The notes: generated from the sequence alone by a model not told the origin. Positions 27,751 through 37,693 are shown, numbered from the stretch's first letter. The stretch: 64,000 bases of DNA from Candidatus Latescibacterota bacterium (GCA_965219455.1 OZ244744.1:1184001-1248000), one strand, 5' to 3'. Program-made: numbers and translations.

Positions 27751-28122
27751 ATGGAACCTCTTCACGTCGGTGCCCAACTCGATGATCTTCGGTACCTGCG
27801 GGACGGTTGGCTTGATGGCGAAGGTAAAACGCCGCCAGCTGATGGCCTCGATTGGTTAAGAGGCGCATTCGAGTGCAATTACCCCGATAAATTACCTCTG
27901 CCGCACCTTTATCCCACAGAGACGGGTGGAGTTCACGCCGAGTGGTCCCTCGACCCGAACGAGATCACCCTTGATGTGAACCTCGGAACCCGTTTGGGCG
28001 AATGGCATATCCTCAATATGACGTCCGACGACGCCACCAAGCGCACATTGAATTTTAATGATGCCGCCGATTGGCAATGGCTGATTGATCGGATTAAGGG
28101 TATGTTTGGTGGCGGCGTATGA
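27751..28122 (+). CDS. 123-aa hypothetical protein, possibly the C-terminal part of a longer gene
   Basis: LRDGWLDGEG...PHLYPTETGGVHAEW; protein-like composition; no clear RBS. Confidence 0.55.
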   Translation: MEPLHVGAQLDDLRYLRDGWLDGEGKTPPADGLDWLRGAFECNYPDKLPLPHLYPTETGGVHAEWSLDPNEITLDVNLGTRLGEWHILNMTSDDATKRTLNFNDAADWQWLIDRIKGMFGGGV

Positions 28123-28210
28123 CCTGCAGAAATAAACGTCTACGGAAGGTGAACCTCCGCCGGTATCGCGAAAAACCTCAATTGTACACGATAAGTACCG
28201 CGCGACACAT

Positions 28211-28525
28211 GGGCATTGTGCATTTCAAGAAAAATGGGTAGCCACGACTCATTGAAGCGCGCAGGATATTTACTCATCAAAGAGGAGAAAACGTCTTCAA
28301 AAAAATGCCGACGGTCGACGTAGAGAATTCGCAGGACCTGTTTCCTGTTTCATGGAAGGAAGCGAAATTGTTCGACCCGATTCAGCTTGCCGGGGCCTGG
28401 CCTGGCAATGAACCGATCGAGCAACTCCTCGCCGAGCTTGATTGAATCTACCGATCATGTCCCGATTTCTCCTGGATACCAGCATGAACGAGATCTGGCT
28501 CGAATCTGTCCACATAGGTCATTAA
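28211..28525 (+). pseudogene. Degraded second copy of the 27357-27591 segment, followed by an internally deleted PIN gene
   Basis: Colinear copy with CAG>TAG; then ATG at 28457 MSRFLLDTS(deletion)MNEIWLESVHIGH*, where LLDT is the PIN N-terminal motif. Confidence 0.7.
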
Positions 28526-28621
28526 TATTATTGGTTTTGGCGACGGATTTGTTAGAGCAGGATTGAACGATGGTAGGCGAACGTCGCGAAGGGTGCGGCG
28601 TTTCTGGTGAGGGAAATTCAG

Positions 28622-28744
28622 ATGGCGAACGCGCGGTTCTGGAAGAGATTCTCGGCGGCGTGGATCGATAGTCTCGTCACCGCCGGATTAGAGACGATGC
28701 TAATAATCCCGTTGCTAGTTTATGTTGGTGTTACCCCGGTTTAG
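28622..28744 (+). pseudogene. RDD-family N-terminal fragment
   Basis: MANARFWKRFSAAWIDSLV fits the RDD FW-x-R...ID motif; stops after 40 aa. Confidence 0.5.
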
Positions 28745-28987
28745 ACCGCTCGATTTTAATACAACACTTGGAATGGATTATTGATGAAGAATTGTTATTC
28801 GCTTCTGGACCGGTACAAACTTGGGATGGAATGACTGATCCGATTATTCAACGATTAACCTCGCGTGGGCAACTATGGCTATTAGATAATTATGATTAAT
28901 AGTATAAAAATGAAACATAATCATTAAGAAGAGTATCCAAGTTACGAATCCACAAGAATCGAGGATCGTAACGCAAGGAGGTCGAAG

Positions 28988-29167
28988 ATGGCAAAAGGTG
29001 CACGTGGTGGTGGAGGTGGTAAAGGTGGAGGCAGCAGTAGGGGCGGAGGAGGTAGTAAGGGTGGATCTGACAGCAAGGGCAGTGGTGGTTGGCCGTCCAC
29101 TAAGGCCGGACAAGAGAGTGGGAGCGGAAGGACCAATAACCCACCGGGAACGGGTGGCAGAAAGTAA
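28988..29167 (+). CDS. 59-aa Gly/Ser/Lys-rich small protein
   Basis: AAGGAGGT RBS, ATG..TAA, terminator immediately downstream; MAKGARGGGGGKGGG...GGWPSTKAGQESGSGRTNNPPGTGGRK. Confidence 0.75.
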   Translation: MAKGARGGGGGKGGGSSRGGGGSKGGSDSKGSGGWPSTKAGQESGSGRTNNPPGTGGRK

Positions 29168-29190
29168 CTGATTCCATAACCGCCAAGACG

Positions 29191-29228
29191 AAGCCCCTGG
29201 GCAATATTTCCCAAGGGCTTTTTGTTTT
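29191..29228 (+). terminator. Intrinsic terminator
   Basis: AAGCCCCTGGG-loop-CCCAAGGGCTT followed by TTTGTTTT. Confidence 0.75.
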
Positions 29229-29540
29229 GGGGTTGTCTGGACTTGACAAAACCTCCACGGGATGCTGATTCGACGCCTGATTCGAACGAGACTCAAGGGG
29301 CATCCAGATTCAGATAAAATATGGCTCGTACGTGACAACAGATGCGATGTCCCGGTTCAGTATTCAGATTCGACATCGACCCGCCGATTCCAACTCCCAC
29401 CCGTTTAACCTATCCCTCCGCCACTCCCCGGCTCGAAGCCCTTGTCCGTGACAATCTACTCGCAATAGCCATCAATTTCCAATCGTATTGGCAGCACGTC
29501 GCCAGGAAAGCAGCCACCCTACCGTCGCTTTCTTGCAAGA

Positions 29541-32500
29541 TTACGCGCTCTCAGGCTCGAACACCATTTCCGGCACCACAACTTCCCAGGTATCGCATTT
29601 TGCGTGTTCGCGGTACTCCGGTTCCGATGCTTCGCGGCTCCAGGTTACGACCGCGTAGACCGTGGCGGACGTGCACCGCGTTTCCGCCGGCGGTTCAAAC
29701 GCCTGTGCAAGACGCCCCACGAACGTACCCGACCGGTCCAGCAATTCCCAGGTTCCCGTATCGGTAATCCGCGTCCACAGCCGATCGCCTGGTGACAGGG
29801 CGCCTATCGCACGATGTACCGGATGACTCGAGTTTTGCCGCCCGGCGAAACCCAGGTTGACCTCACTCAGACTGGGTCGACGGTATTGACGTGCGAGTTC
29901 CATGTCATTCTTCGGGACGGCTACGGGCTCGCGGTGCAAAATCGTACCGTTATTGGGAAACTTATAGGGCAGCGAATGGAGTCGCTCCCCGTACGCCGGG
30001 GGTGCGGGCTCTCTAACCAGGCCCGACCGTGTGGAACCTTCAGACCGGTGCGAACCCTGAAAACGGACAAGTGCGAGCGTTTGCCTGGCGCGTGTCATGG
30101 CCACGTAGTAGAGCCTGCGCGGCGCGTCGGGGTCTTCGCCCCGGTCAACCCTGTCCCAGCCGCCGTCGAGCACCACAATGTGATCGAACTCAAGTCCCTT
30201 GGCGCGGTGCGCGGTCGACAGCAATAGCCGGCGCTGGCGGCGACGTACATCCCGCCCCCATTCTGCCAGCCACTCGATGAAGTGGTCCACAGGCACTTCC
30301 GCGCCCCCGGTTTCCAGCGCGTGTTCGTCGAGCGCCTGCCGGAGCATTTCAATCCATGGCCCTGGGGGACGAGTATCCATCCAGCCATTCAGAGCCGCAC
30401 CATCAACAAGACGGGTATCCGGTCCCCTCAGCCATTCAACGAATGCGCGGGTCTCCCGCAGGTGCCAGAAACTCGGGATTCCCTCATTCGCCATTTGTGC
30501 CGGGATACCATTGACTTCGCAAAACGCACGCACCGGATCCAGGTATTTCCACTCGCGAGCGATCACCGCACACGTAGACCAATCCCAATTGGGCGAGAAT
30601 GCGGCGAGACGCTGCAACTCTGTCATCGCGATCTGTGCTTGCCAAATCGGATCGGGCATGGCAGGCAGAATCTGGACCCGACCTCGGGCGACCGGGTCCA
30701 GCGTCTCCCAGTCGCCACCGGGCGGATTTTTCGAACGCGCACGGTCGATCCGGATGGGGTGTTCGATCTTCAACCGTTCTCGCGCCGTCTTGATCAGTGC
30801 GTTGGCGGCCGCGATAACGTGGCCGGTGGAGCGGTAATTGTCAACCAGGTGGCTGGGTCTTGGCCCGTAATCCGTTTCGAAACGCCGGATGAACTCCACC
30901 GAGGCGCCGTTGAAGGCGTAGATGTTCTGATCGTCGTCGCCAACAGCGAAGAGGGTGAGTTTTCGATCTTCATCCTCAAGGGTTCGTCCGGCCAGCGCCG
31001 ATATCAATTCATATTGTTCCGCACCGATGTCCTGGTATTCGTCCACAAGGATCCAGCGGAAACCCCTGAGAAGCCGTTCCCGCTGATCGTCGGCTTCCTC
31101 CGGCTCCAGACCCTCGCCGCGCAGCAGCGCCACCGCCTGGCGCAACACCTCCCGAAATGCATCTTCGTCGAGCGGCCGCTTCTCTCGCTCCTGAAAGCTC
31201 ACCCCGACAAGACGCATGGCCAGGGCGTGGCAAGTTAGCACGGTGACCCCACGTGCGTCGTCGCCGATCAAATCCATCAGCCGTCGCCGGATCTCTACCG
31301 CAGCATGCCTGTTGTAGGCCAGCGCCAGTATGCCGCGTGGATTCTCGCGCCTTGCACGGACAAGGTAGGCGATGCGATGCACCAACACGCGCGTCTTGCC
31401 GGACCCGGGTCCCGCAAGTACCAGTACACTTGTCTGCTCCCGGTCATCCGCGACGATACGTTGTTGGATGGGATTCTTCAGGCTCTCGACGATGGCTCGC
31501 CACGACTCTGGCGTGGTTTCGCGCTCGAGCTCCTTATTTCGATCCGGCAGCCATCGGCGTAGGAAATCCTGCTGTGAAAGGTTGAAGTAATCCAGTGCCA
31601 ATCGCAGAGCGTCGGCCATATTGTCGAGCCCACGTTGAGCGAATTCGGCCATCACGTGGATCTGCACCGCCTGTCCCTTATAGTGGAGCCTGAGCGGTTC
31701 GAAGTCGGTCTTGGCAAAGCCTCGCCTCTCATCTTCCAATTTGATGGTCATCGCAGGACGGAATACCGCGAGGCCCTTGTTGAGGCGGATAACCTCCTGC
31801 TCGTGCAGCCACAGGAGGGCACGGTCCAGGAGTTTTTCGGGGTTCTTACTCTTCAGGACAATATCGGACGTGATCGCATTCAACAGCTTACCGAGGGTTG
31901 TCTCGGCGAGCAGGTCCGTGCCGCGAGTGTTGGGCGGCAGACATGACAGCAGGTGGTCAAGCAGAAGTTTCGCCCCCTCCCGCCTGCGCGACGCGAGTTC
32001 CTCCAGGGCTGACCACTCACGTCGCAATTCGACGTGCACCGTTTCGGTATCCCGCCGTCGTACCCCCAGGCTGCCCGCGTCGCCGCCTTCACCCCGCCCA
32101 TCGGCAGCGATACTACGGAGAATGCGCCACAAGAATTCGGGCAACGGATTAACCACTCCCGCGTTTCTCAGGGTTTGGGCGGCGACGCGCAAGTGCAGTG
32201 TCGACGCGTCTCCCTTGTTCATATCCGGCGCCAATTCGCCCATGTGCGCAATCAGCGCGGTCTCCAATTCCGCTGCCTCATCGAAACGCTTTCGGGAACT
32301 CCGCGTCACTCCCGTATGGACGAAGGCCGTCAGCGCCGTATCGTTACTGGCGATTCCCAGTCGTTCGAGGTCGAACATGGCGCCGCGTACGCCTTCCGCA
32401 CTCAATCCGGAAACGCCCATCAGTTCGTCGGTCGAGATACCTTCATCGGGATTGGCATCGACCAGGGCTTCGACTATTTTAAGCAACTGCCTCCGATAAT

Positions 32501-34808
32501 CGTCCCGAATTCGTCTCTTAACAAGCCTGGCAGCCGCTTCCGCCACCGAACTCACCCTCAGAGACGAGGGAAATACCTGAACGCGATTCTCCTCACGGGT
32601 CAGCAGGACCGTTTCCTCCAGCCAGGATACGGCGGTCCGCACGCGGGTGTCGTCCGTGGCGGAGTCCCGTTCGAAGACATTTTCGTCATCTTCGCCCAGT
32701 ATTTCACCTGACGTAGCGACGACCTCGCCGCCAAGCCGCTTCTTGCGGTCCAGGTTTCGGAGTGCTCTCAACACCCCATGAATCTCCCGCCTGGTAAGCC
32801 GCGAATATGCCGACATGCCGAACTGTCGCTCCACGTCTTCCTGCGTATAAAGCAGTACGCATCGCGCCATCTTCCTGTCGCGCCCGGCGCGGCCGGCCTC
32901 CTGCATGTAGTTCTCCAGCGAGCCCGGGATGTCGGCGTGAATGACCAGACGTACGTCGGGTTTGTCGATGCCCATGCCGAAAGCGTTGGTGGCCGTTATC
33001 ACCCGCAACTCGCCCTCGATGAATCGCCGCTGCACGCTCTTCTTCGTCTCAGGGGGCAGACCGGCATGGAAATGTTCCGCCGCGATTTCCTTAAGCTGCA
33101 GGAACTGGGCCGCCTCTTCCGTCTGGCGTCGGGTTGCGCAATAGACGATGGCGCCCCCGGGCCGGTTCGGGGGCAGGTCGGCGATCAATATCTGATATAT
33201 GTGCGCGAATTTCTCCGGTTCGGTCGTCTGCACGACTACGAAATCCAGATTCGTGCGGTGGGTCCCGCCGTCGAACACACTTAATTCAACCCCAAGCTCG
33301 TCCTGGAAATGCTGCTTTATGTCTGCCACGACGTCGGGTTTGGCCGTCGCGGTCAGGCACAGTACCGGCGGGATCGGCCCCTTTCCCGCCTTTTCGCGGA
33401 TAAAGCGCCCAATGTAGCGATAATCTGGCCGGAAGTCGTGCCCCCACCTGGATAGACAGTGGGCCTCATCCAGTACCCAGGCGCCGATCTCGCGCTGATC
33501 CAGTACCCTTCGCAGGGAACGAGAGCGGAGTTGCTCGGGGGAGACGAGGAGAATGGCCGCGTCGCCAAGTCGAACACGATCCAGCGCATCGGCGCGCTCA
33601 GGCATAGACAACAGGCCGTTGATCGCCACACAGGAGCCGATTCCCCTCGCCTCCAGCCCCACAACCTGGTCCGCCATGAGCGCGACCAGGGGCGAAATGA
33701 CCACCGTGAGAGCGCCGGTCTTGTCATAGCGCGACAATGCCGGAATCTGGTAGCAGAGCGACTTGCCCGTGCCGGTGGGTAGAATGCCCAGAACGTGCTC
33801 ACCTGCCATCGCAGCCACGACGATGGCCTGCTGCATTGGGCGGCCCTTTTCGTCCGTCGGTTCCGGTCGAAAGTCGGCGAAGCCGAACCAGCGCTTAAGC
33901 TCCTTACGCGGGTCATGTCGATCCGTGCACCATTCGCAGTCCGACTGGCCGCAGGGCGCGTCCCTCAACCGTCGAACCAGCTTGCCGGCTTCAGGGAACT
34001 GATGACGCACCCAGGGCGGCATCACCGAATTGCCCCCGGAAACTGACAACCAGGCAAGGGCGTAAGCAAGGGGCCAGGCGCCCTGATCGATATTCTCCAC
34101 AACAGACTGACCGTGATTCTGGCAGGCGTTGCCCTTCAGCAGGCTGCCTATGGCTGTGCGCGCCTCCACGTCCGACGGTGGTTGAGACCGCCGCAGCGCG
34201 GAGAAAAAGGCGCCGAAGCCGGCCGCTTCATTTCCTGAAAAAGCGTCCATTCCTGCCCCGTCAGCTGCAGGCGAGGTGAGCCAATGCCACGCCAGGAGCA
34301 GGTCCGGGGTGTTCTCACAGACCGTTTCCAACGCGCGCCTCTGGTCACGGAAAAGATTCAGCGCGAGGCGCGCATCGAGTTCCGGGTCGTTTATACGCCC
34401 CCGTTTGAGCTGTGGGTCCTGATAGTGTTTGACGAGATGATGATAGGGATTCCGGGGAAAGGCGAGGGGGTTCAGCTTCAACGTGTCCACGGCGGGCAAC
34501 TTCAGCAGACGGAGGTCCGATTTCGCCGCGGTCAGATGGGGCAGATCGAAGGCAATCAGGTTGTGGCCGAGCAGATAGTCCGCGCCATCGGCGAATCTGT
34601 CGAGTTCCGTCAAGGCCGTTTCCAGGTTTCCCTTTTGGAAAGTCAACGAACGGTCGGTATTCAGGCGAACCGCGGCGAAGGCGCGGATGCGACCGTCCTG
34701 TTTTCCGACTTCGAGGTCGATCGAAAGGCATCGATGTAGAAGATTGGAATCCATATTCACCAAACTTGATAACGATTTGATCGACGCGGCGTTATTACGT
34801 TCGGACAC
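29541..34808 (-). CDS. 1755-aa fusion: DEDD-like exonuclease + RecQ (SF2) helicase + UvrD (SF1) helicase
   Basis: IDLE..GHN..FD..DTL; PTGTGKSLCYQ, DEAHCLSRWGHDFRPDY, QEAGRAGRD; AGPGSGKT, DEYQD, GDDDQNIY, NYRS, HRAKGLEFD, YVAMTRA. Confidence 0.92.
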   Translation of the reverse strand: MSERNNAASIKSLSSLVNMDSNLLHRCLSIDLEVGKQDGRIRAFAAVRLNTDRSLTFQKGNLETALTELDRFADGADYLLGHNLIAFDLPHLTAAKSDLRLLKLPAVDTLKLNPLAFPRNPYHHLVKHYQDPQLKRGRINDPELDARLALNLFRDQRRALETVCENTPDLLLAWHWLTSPAADGAGMDAFSGNEAAGFGAFFSALRRSQPPSDVEARTAIGSLLKGNACQNHGQSVVENIDQGAWPLAYALAWLSVSGGNSVMPPWVRHQFPEAGKLVRRLRDAPCGQSDCEWCTDRHDPRKELKRWFGFADFRPEPTDEKGRPMQQAIVVAAMAGEHVLGILPTGTGKSLCYQIPALSRYDKTGALTVVISPLVALMADQVVGLEARGIGSCVAINGLLSMPERADALDRVRLGDAAILLVSPEQLRSRSLRRVLDQREIGAWVLDEAHCLSRWGHDFRPDYRYIGRFIREKAGKGPIPPVLCLTATAKPDVVADIKQHFQDELGVELSVFDGGTHRTNLDFVVVQTTEPEKFAHIYQILIADLPPNRPGGAIVYCATRRQTEEAAQFLQLKEIAAEHFHAGLPPETKKSVQRRFIEGELRVITATNAFGMGIDKPDVRLVIHADIPGSLENYMQEAGRAGRDRKMARCVLLYTQEDVERQFGMSAYSRLTRREIHGVLRALRNLDRKKRLGGEVVATSGEILGEDDENVFERDSATDDTRVRTAVSWLEETVLLTREENRVQVFPSSLRVSSVAEAAARLVKRRIRDDYRRQLLKIVEALVDANPDEGISTDELMGVSGLSAEGVRGAMFDLERLGIASNDTALTAFVHTGVTRSSRKRFDEAAELETALIAHMGELAPDMNKGDASTLHLRVAAQTLRNAGVVNPLPEFLWRILRSIAADGRGEGGDAGSLGVRRRDTETVHVELRREWSALEELASRRREGAKLLLDHLLSCLPPNTRGTDLLAETTLGKLLNAITSDIVLKSKNPEKLLDRALLWLHEQEVIRLNKGLAVFRPAMTIKLEDERRGFAKTDFEPLRLHYKGQAVQIHVMAEFAQRGLDNMADALRLALDYFNLSQQDFLRRWLPDRNKELERETTPESWRAIVESLKNPIQQRIVADDREQTSVLVLAGPGSGKTRVLVHRIAYLVRARRENPRGILALAYNRHAAVEIRRRLMDLIGDDARGVTVLTCHALAMRLVGVSFQEREKRPLDEDAFREVLRQAVALLRGEGLEPEEADDQRERLLRGFRWILVDEYQDIGAEQYELISALAGRTLEDEDRKLTLFAVGDDDQNIYAFNGASVEFIRRFETDYGPRPSHLVDNYRSTGHVIAAANALIKTARERLKIEHPIRIDRARSKNPPGGDWETLDPVARGRVQILPAMPDPIWQAQIAMTELQRLAAFSPNWDWSTCAVIAREWKYLDPVRAFCEVNGIPAQMANEGIPSFWHLRETRAFVEWLRGPDTRLVDGAALNGWMDTRPPGPWIEMLRQALDEHALETGGAEVPVDHFIEWLAEWGRDVRRRQRRLLLSTAHRAKGLEFDHIVVLDGGWDRVDRGEDPDAPRRLYYVAMTRARQTLALVRFQGSHRSEGSTRSGLVREPAPPAYGERLHSLPYKFPNNGTILHREPVAVPKNDMELARQYRRPSLSEVNLGFAGRQNSSHPVHRAIGALSPGDRLWTRITDTGTWELLDRSGTFVGRLAQAFEPPAETRCTSATVYAVVTWSREASEPEYREHAKCDTWEVVVPEMVFEPESA

Positions 34809-34837
34809 AACCAGATGACGTGGATCCTATTTTCAAA

Positions 34838-34866
34838 GAGATAAGGTACGCGCCGAAACGGGTCAA
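34838..34866 (-). promoter_or_regulatory. Putative sigma70 promoter of the helicase fusion
   Basis: TTGACC-N17-TATCTC on the minus strand. Confidence 0.4.
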
Positions 34867-34977
34867 GTCGAAAGTTGGCTTCAAGTATCTGCGCATGAGT
34901 CGCTGACCTACAAAAAACCGCTCTCCTTGTCAAGGAAAGCGGCCTCGGTCATTGCCGTCGGAGGGTCGCCGTAACCC

Positions 34978-35002
34978 GGGCGCCCACAAGGGACGCCCCT
35001 AC
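34978..35002 (-). repeat. GTAG-type REP palindrome
   Basis: GTAGGGGCGTCCCTTGTGGGCGCCC on the minus strand. Confidence 0.7.
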
Positions 35003-35098
35003 AAGGCGCTGGATCTGCGCTGCGCAATCTACCAGTTTGCTCTACGGTCGGCAGTTCAGTGCGTTTGACGAATATAGCTGGCAACCTGACAATGCCAG

Positions 35099-37609
35099 TC
35101 ACATTGTCCCGGCGGCACGCATGGTGAGTATATCCTCTCCCGTTCGATTGACGTCGAACGCGTACCGGTCGTTGTCTGTCCGGATCTCGAATCCATTCTC
35201 GTCTGCCGTCGCCTGCGCGTTCAGGCTGTGATCCAGGAACGCGAAGACCAGAACGTCTCCGGACGTCGACAGCCGCACCCGCGTGCTCGCATCCCGACCT
35301 CCCGGGACAAAACTCTTCAGGCTCCCCGCCGCGAGTCCGGCGGGCGCGAAGGGGACTTCCTCCTGCTCGAAACCGGCATCCTCGCCGTAAAGCGGGAGCG
35401 TATCGATCGTCCGTTCCCCTGCGCCTAACCGTGCGAGATTCGACCGTACCTCGCGTAGATCCACCGGGTTCAACTTCCATCCCAGCGCGGCGCTCCCGGT
35501 TTCTGGCCCGAGATCCGCCTCGAAATCCAACAGCAAACGCCTGCGGCCCGGGCACTTCAGGTCCGCCCTGTCGAGGTCGCATTTGAGCCCCGTCCCCGGC
35601 ATCTGTACCGCACCGCCGAAGGCCAGCACGGTATTCGACTTGATGTAGAACGTCCTGGGATCGGAACGCGACTCCAGGTTCTGGGAATCCACCCCCAGTT
35701 CACCGAAGACCGCGGGGTCGTCGCACCGTTCCAGGTGACCATCCACTTCGATCTCTATAAATGGATTGTCGCCCATCCGATTGAACCCGCCCCATCGGAT
35801 TGCCGCATCGTGCCACCTGCCGGATTCAATCTTGACCCGCGACACCACCTCCACCGACGTATTCCGCTGGCTCTGCACGACAAATGTCAGTGCCTTCCCG
35901 TCCATTATTGCCAGCGAATAGTTGTTCACCCGGCTCCCCATGACGCGTCCCACGCCGATTCCCGTATTGAAAAGAACCCCCGGGCCGTCTTCCCGGCTCC
36001 CACCGTTCAGCCGGAAACGCATCCTCAATTCACCCGCCCTCGGATTGAAGTACGGCCCGCGTTCGTACTGCAGATAATCCCGTCCGTTCAATCGTACGAA
36101 GCCCTCATCCCTTTTGCGCATCAACTTCACGCCGCGGCGCCGGCGTCTCAAAGCCGTCACCAGGATTGGAGACGCCCCCTTCAACAGCCAGTATTCATGA
36201 TCCGTTCGAATCGACCGGACCCGTAACCTGTCGAACCGTTCTGCGGAATGCAGCCGCCTCAGAAATGCCACGATCTCGTTCTGTCCGCCCACGAAGGGAA
36301 GACTTCCGCAGGCGACCGGCTGCGCTTCGTCCGCGGAGATCGACTGCAAAACCGGATATCCGGCCCACTGCGCGTGCAGGTTCATAAACCCATGCGCGCC
36401 CCCGCCCTTGTATCCCGCCACACTGCAGACGACCGCCTCCGTGCCCCAACCGCTGCGCAAGAGCCCCGTCTCGCCATAGTGAGCCCTCATAAACGTCCTT
36501 GAGAGCGGCAATTCAGACCTGCGTCGCGACGGCCGGAACTCCGGATCACAATAGCAATAAGCATACGGGCCGTACGCGACCATGCACTCTGCCGAGGTGC
36601 CCTTCACGCCCATCCCGAACCTGTAGAGCCTTCCCAGTCTGGGATCGGCGACGGCAACGTCACGCATCTCCGCGTCCCCCGCCTCCTGCGCCAGGCGAAG
36701 CAGGGTGACTGAACACGCGTCCAGCTGGCTGCCCGATATCACGTTTGAATTCTGCGGATAGTACAGCCTGTCTTCGATCACCTCCGGCGGCGCCAGGTGA
36801 TACCGGAACCACTTCAAGGGCCGCTCCAGCCGCTTCGGAAAATCCTTGTAGAGATCTTCGCCGGTCACATTTCTCAGCGCATCGGCAAAGTGAAGCATCC
36901 ACAGATTCTCCCACGGCCAGAACGAGGGCCCGTCGCCGGGCTCGCCGTCCCGCCCGCAGCCGTGGAGCATCACGCCGTTGCGAAACCGGTCGATCACGGC
37001 CGCCACCCAGGCTTCCGCATCGGGGTGTTTTCCCAGCAGATGCAGGGCCGCCACGCCGAAATGTCCGTTGTCGACCACGGCGTGGTGTCGTCCGTCCGAC
37101 GAATACCTGGACCGCTCCACGTCCGGCCACCAGCGGTCCATCAGCCGAACCAGGCACGCTGTCGCCGGTTCCTTCTCCTCGCCGGGCAACGCGTCGTCGA
37201 GCAGATCCAGCGCCAGCGCAAATGCCTGCATATACCGGTTGGCCGTATAGAAATGCTCCTCCACTCGGTCGCTATGCTCCCATTCCGACGCCGCGCGCAA
37301 CCAATCCCTGGCCCGCTTCAACCACCGCGGATCGCCGGTCAGCCGCCATGCGAACGCATAGTTCTCCATCAGGGCGGTCGCGTGCATCCCCGTATAGAAC
37401 GTGAGGTACAGCTGGTGGTACGGGTGCGGGCTGTCCGGACGCTCGGGAATCCGTTTCCATGGGCGCTGCGGATAATATCCCTCGCAATCCGCGAGGATAT
37501 TTTTGAGAATCAGTTTTCGCGCCTCATCCTCCGCCGGATCGAACCTGAACTTCGGATCGTCGACGGGACGATACAGCCGGGGATGCTCCTCACGCAAAAT
37601 CCGGATCAT
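35099..37609 (-). CDS. Heparinase II/III / polysaccharide-lyase-like protein with a possible LamG-like insert
   Basis: HPRL N-terminus, YAFAWRLTGDPRW helical-barrel motif, GLLRSGW, RWHDAAIRW/IEVDG. Confidence 0.55.
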   Translation of the reverse strand: MIRILREEHPRLYRPVDDPKFRFDPAEDEARKLILKNILADCEGYYPQRPWKRIPERPDSPHPYHQLYLTFYTGMHATALMENYAFAWRLTGDPRWLKRARDWLRAASEWEHSDRVEEHFYTANRYMQAFALALDLLDDALPGEEKEPATACLVRLMDRWWPDVERSRYSSDGRHHAVVDNGHFGVAALHLLGKHPDAEAWVAAVIDRFRNGVMLHGCGRDGEPGDGPSFWPWENLWMLHFADALRNVTGEDLYKDFPKRLERPLKWFRYHLAPPEVIEDRLYYPQNSNVISGSQLDACSVTLLRLAQEAGDAEMRDVAVADPRLGRLYRFGMGVKGTSAECMVAYGPYAYCYCDPEFRPSRRRSELPLSRTFMRAHYGETGLLRSGWGTEAVVCSVAGYKGGGAHGFMNLHAQWAGYPVLQSISADEAQPVACGSLPFVGGQNEIVAFLRRLHSAERFDRLRVRSIRTDHEYWLLKGASPILVTALRRRRRGVKLMRKRDEGFVRLNGRDYLQYERGPYFNPRAGELRMRFRLNGGSREDGPGVLFNTGIGVGRVMGSRVNNYSLAIMDGKALTFVVQSQRNTSVEVVSRVKIESGRWHDAAIRWGGFNRMGDNPFIEIEVDGHLERCDDPAVFGELGVDSQNLESRSDPRTFYIKSNTVLAFGGAVQMPGTGLKCDLDRADLKCPGRRRLLLDFEADLGPETGSAALGWKLNPVDLREVRSNLARLGAGERTIDTLPLYGEDAGFEQEEVPFAPAGLAAGSLKSFVPGGRDASTRVRLSTSGDVLVFAFLDHSLNAQATADENGFEIRTDNDRYAFDVNRTGEDILTMRAAGTM

Positions 37610-37678
37610 TTTCGGACTCCACTATGATAAGTGTTCGTTTGACATATCCTGTCGCGGCATTGCTATGCTCAGCCGACC

Positions 37679-37693
37679 CTTCGACAAGCTCAG
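37679..37693 (+). repeat. CTTCGACAAGCTCAG REP-like unit
   Basis: Identical 15-mer at 45423-45437, with partial copies at 45397-45418. Confidence 0.6.

Larger units (their letters stand above)
4884..34866. other. Defence island (R-M, NTPases, toxin-like pairs, helicase fusion)
   Basis: Gene content; much of 5-29 kb is visibly lower in GC than the flanks; many pseudogene fragments; edges approximate. Confidence 0.8.
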
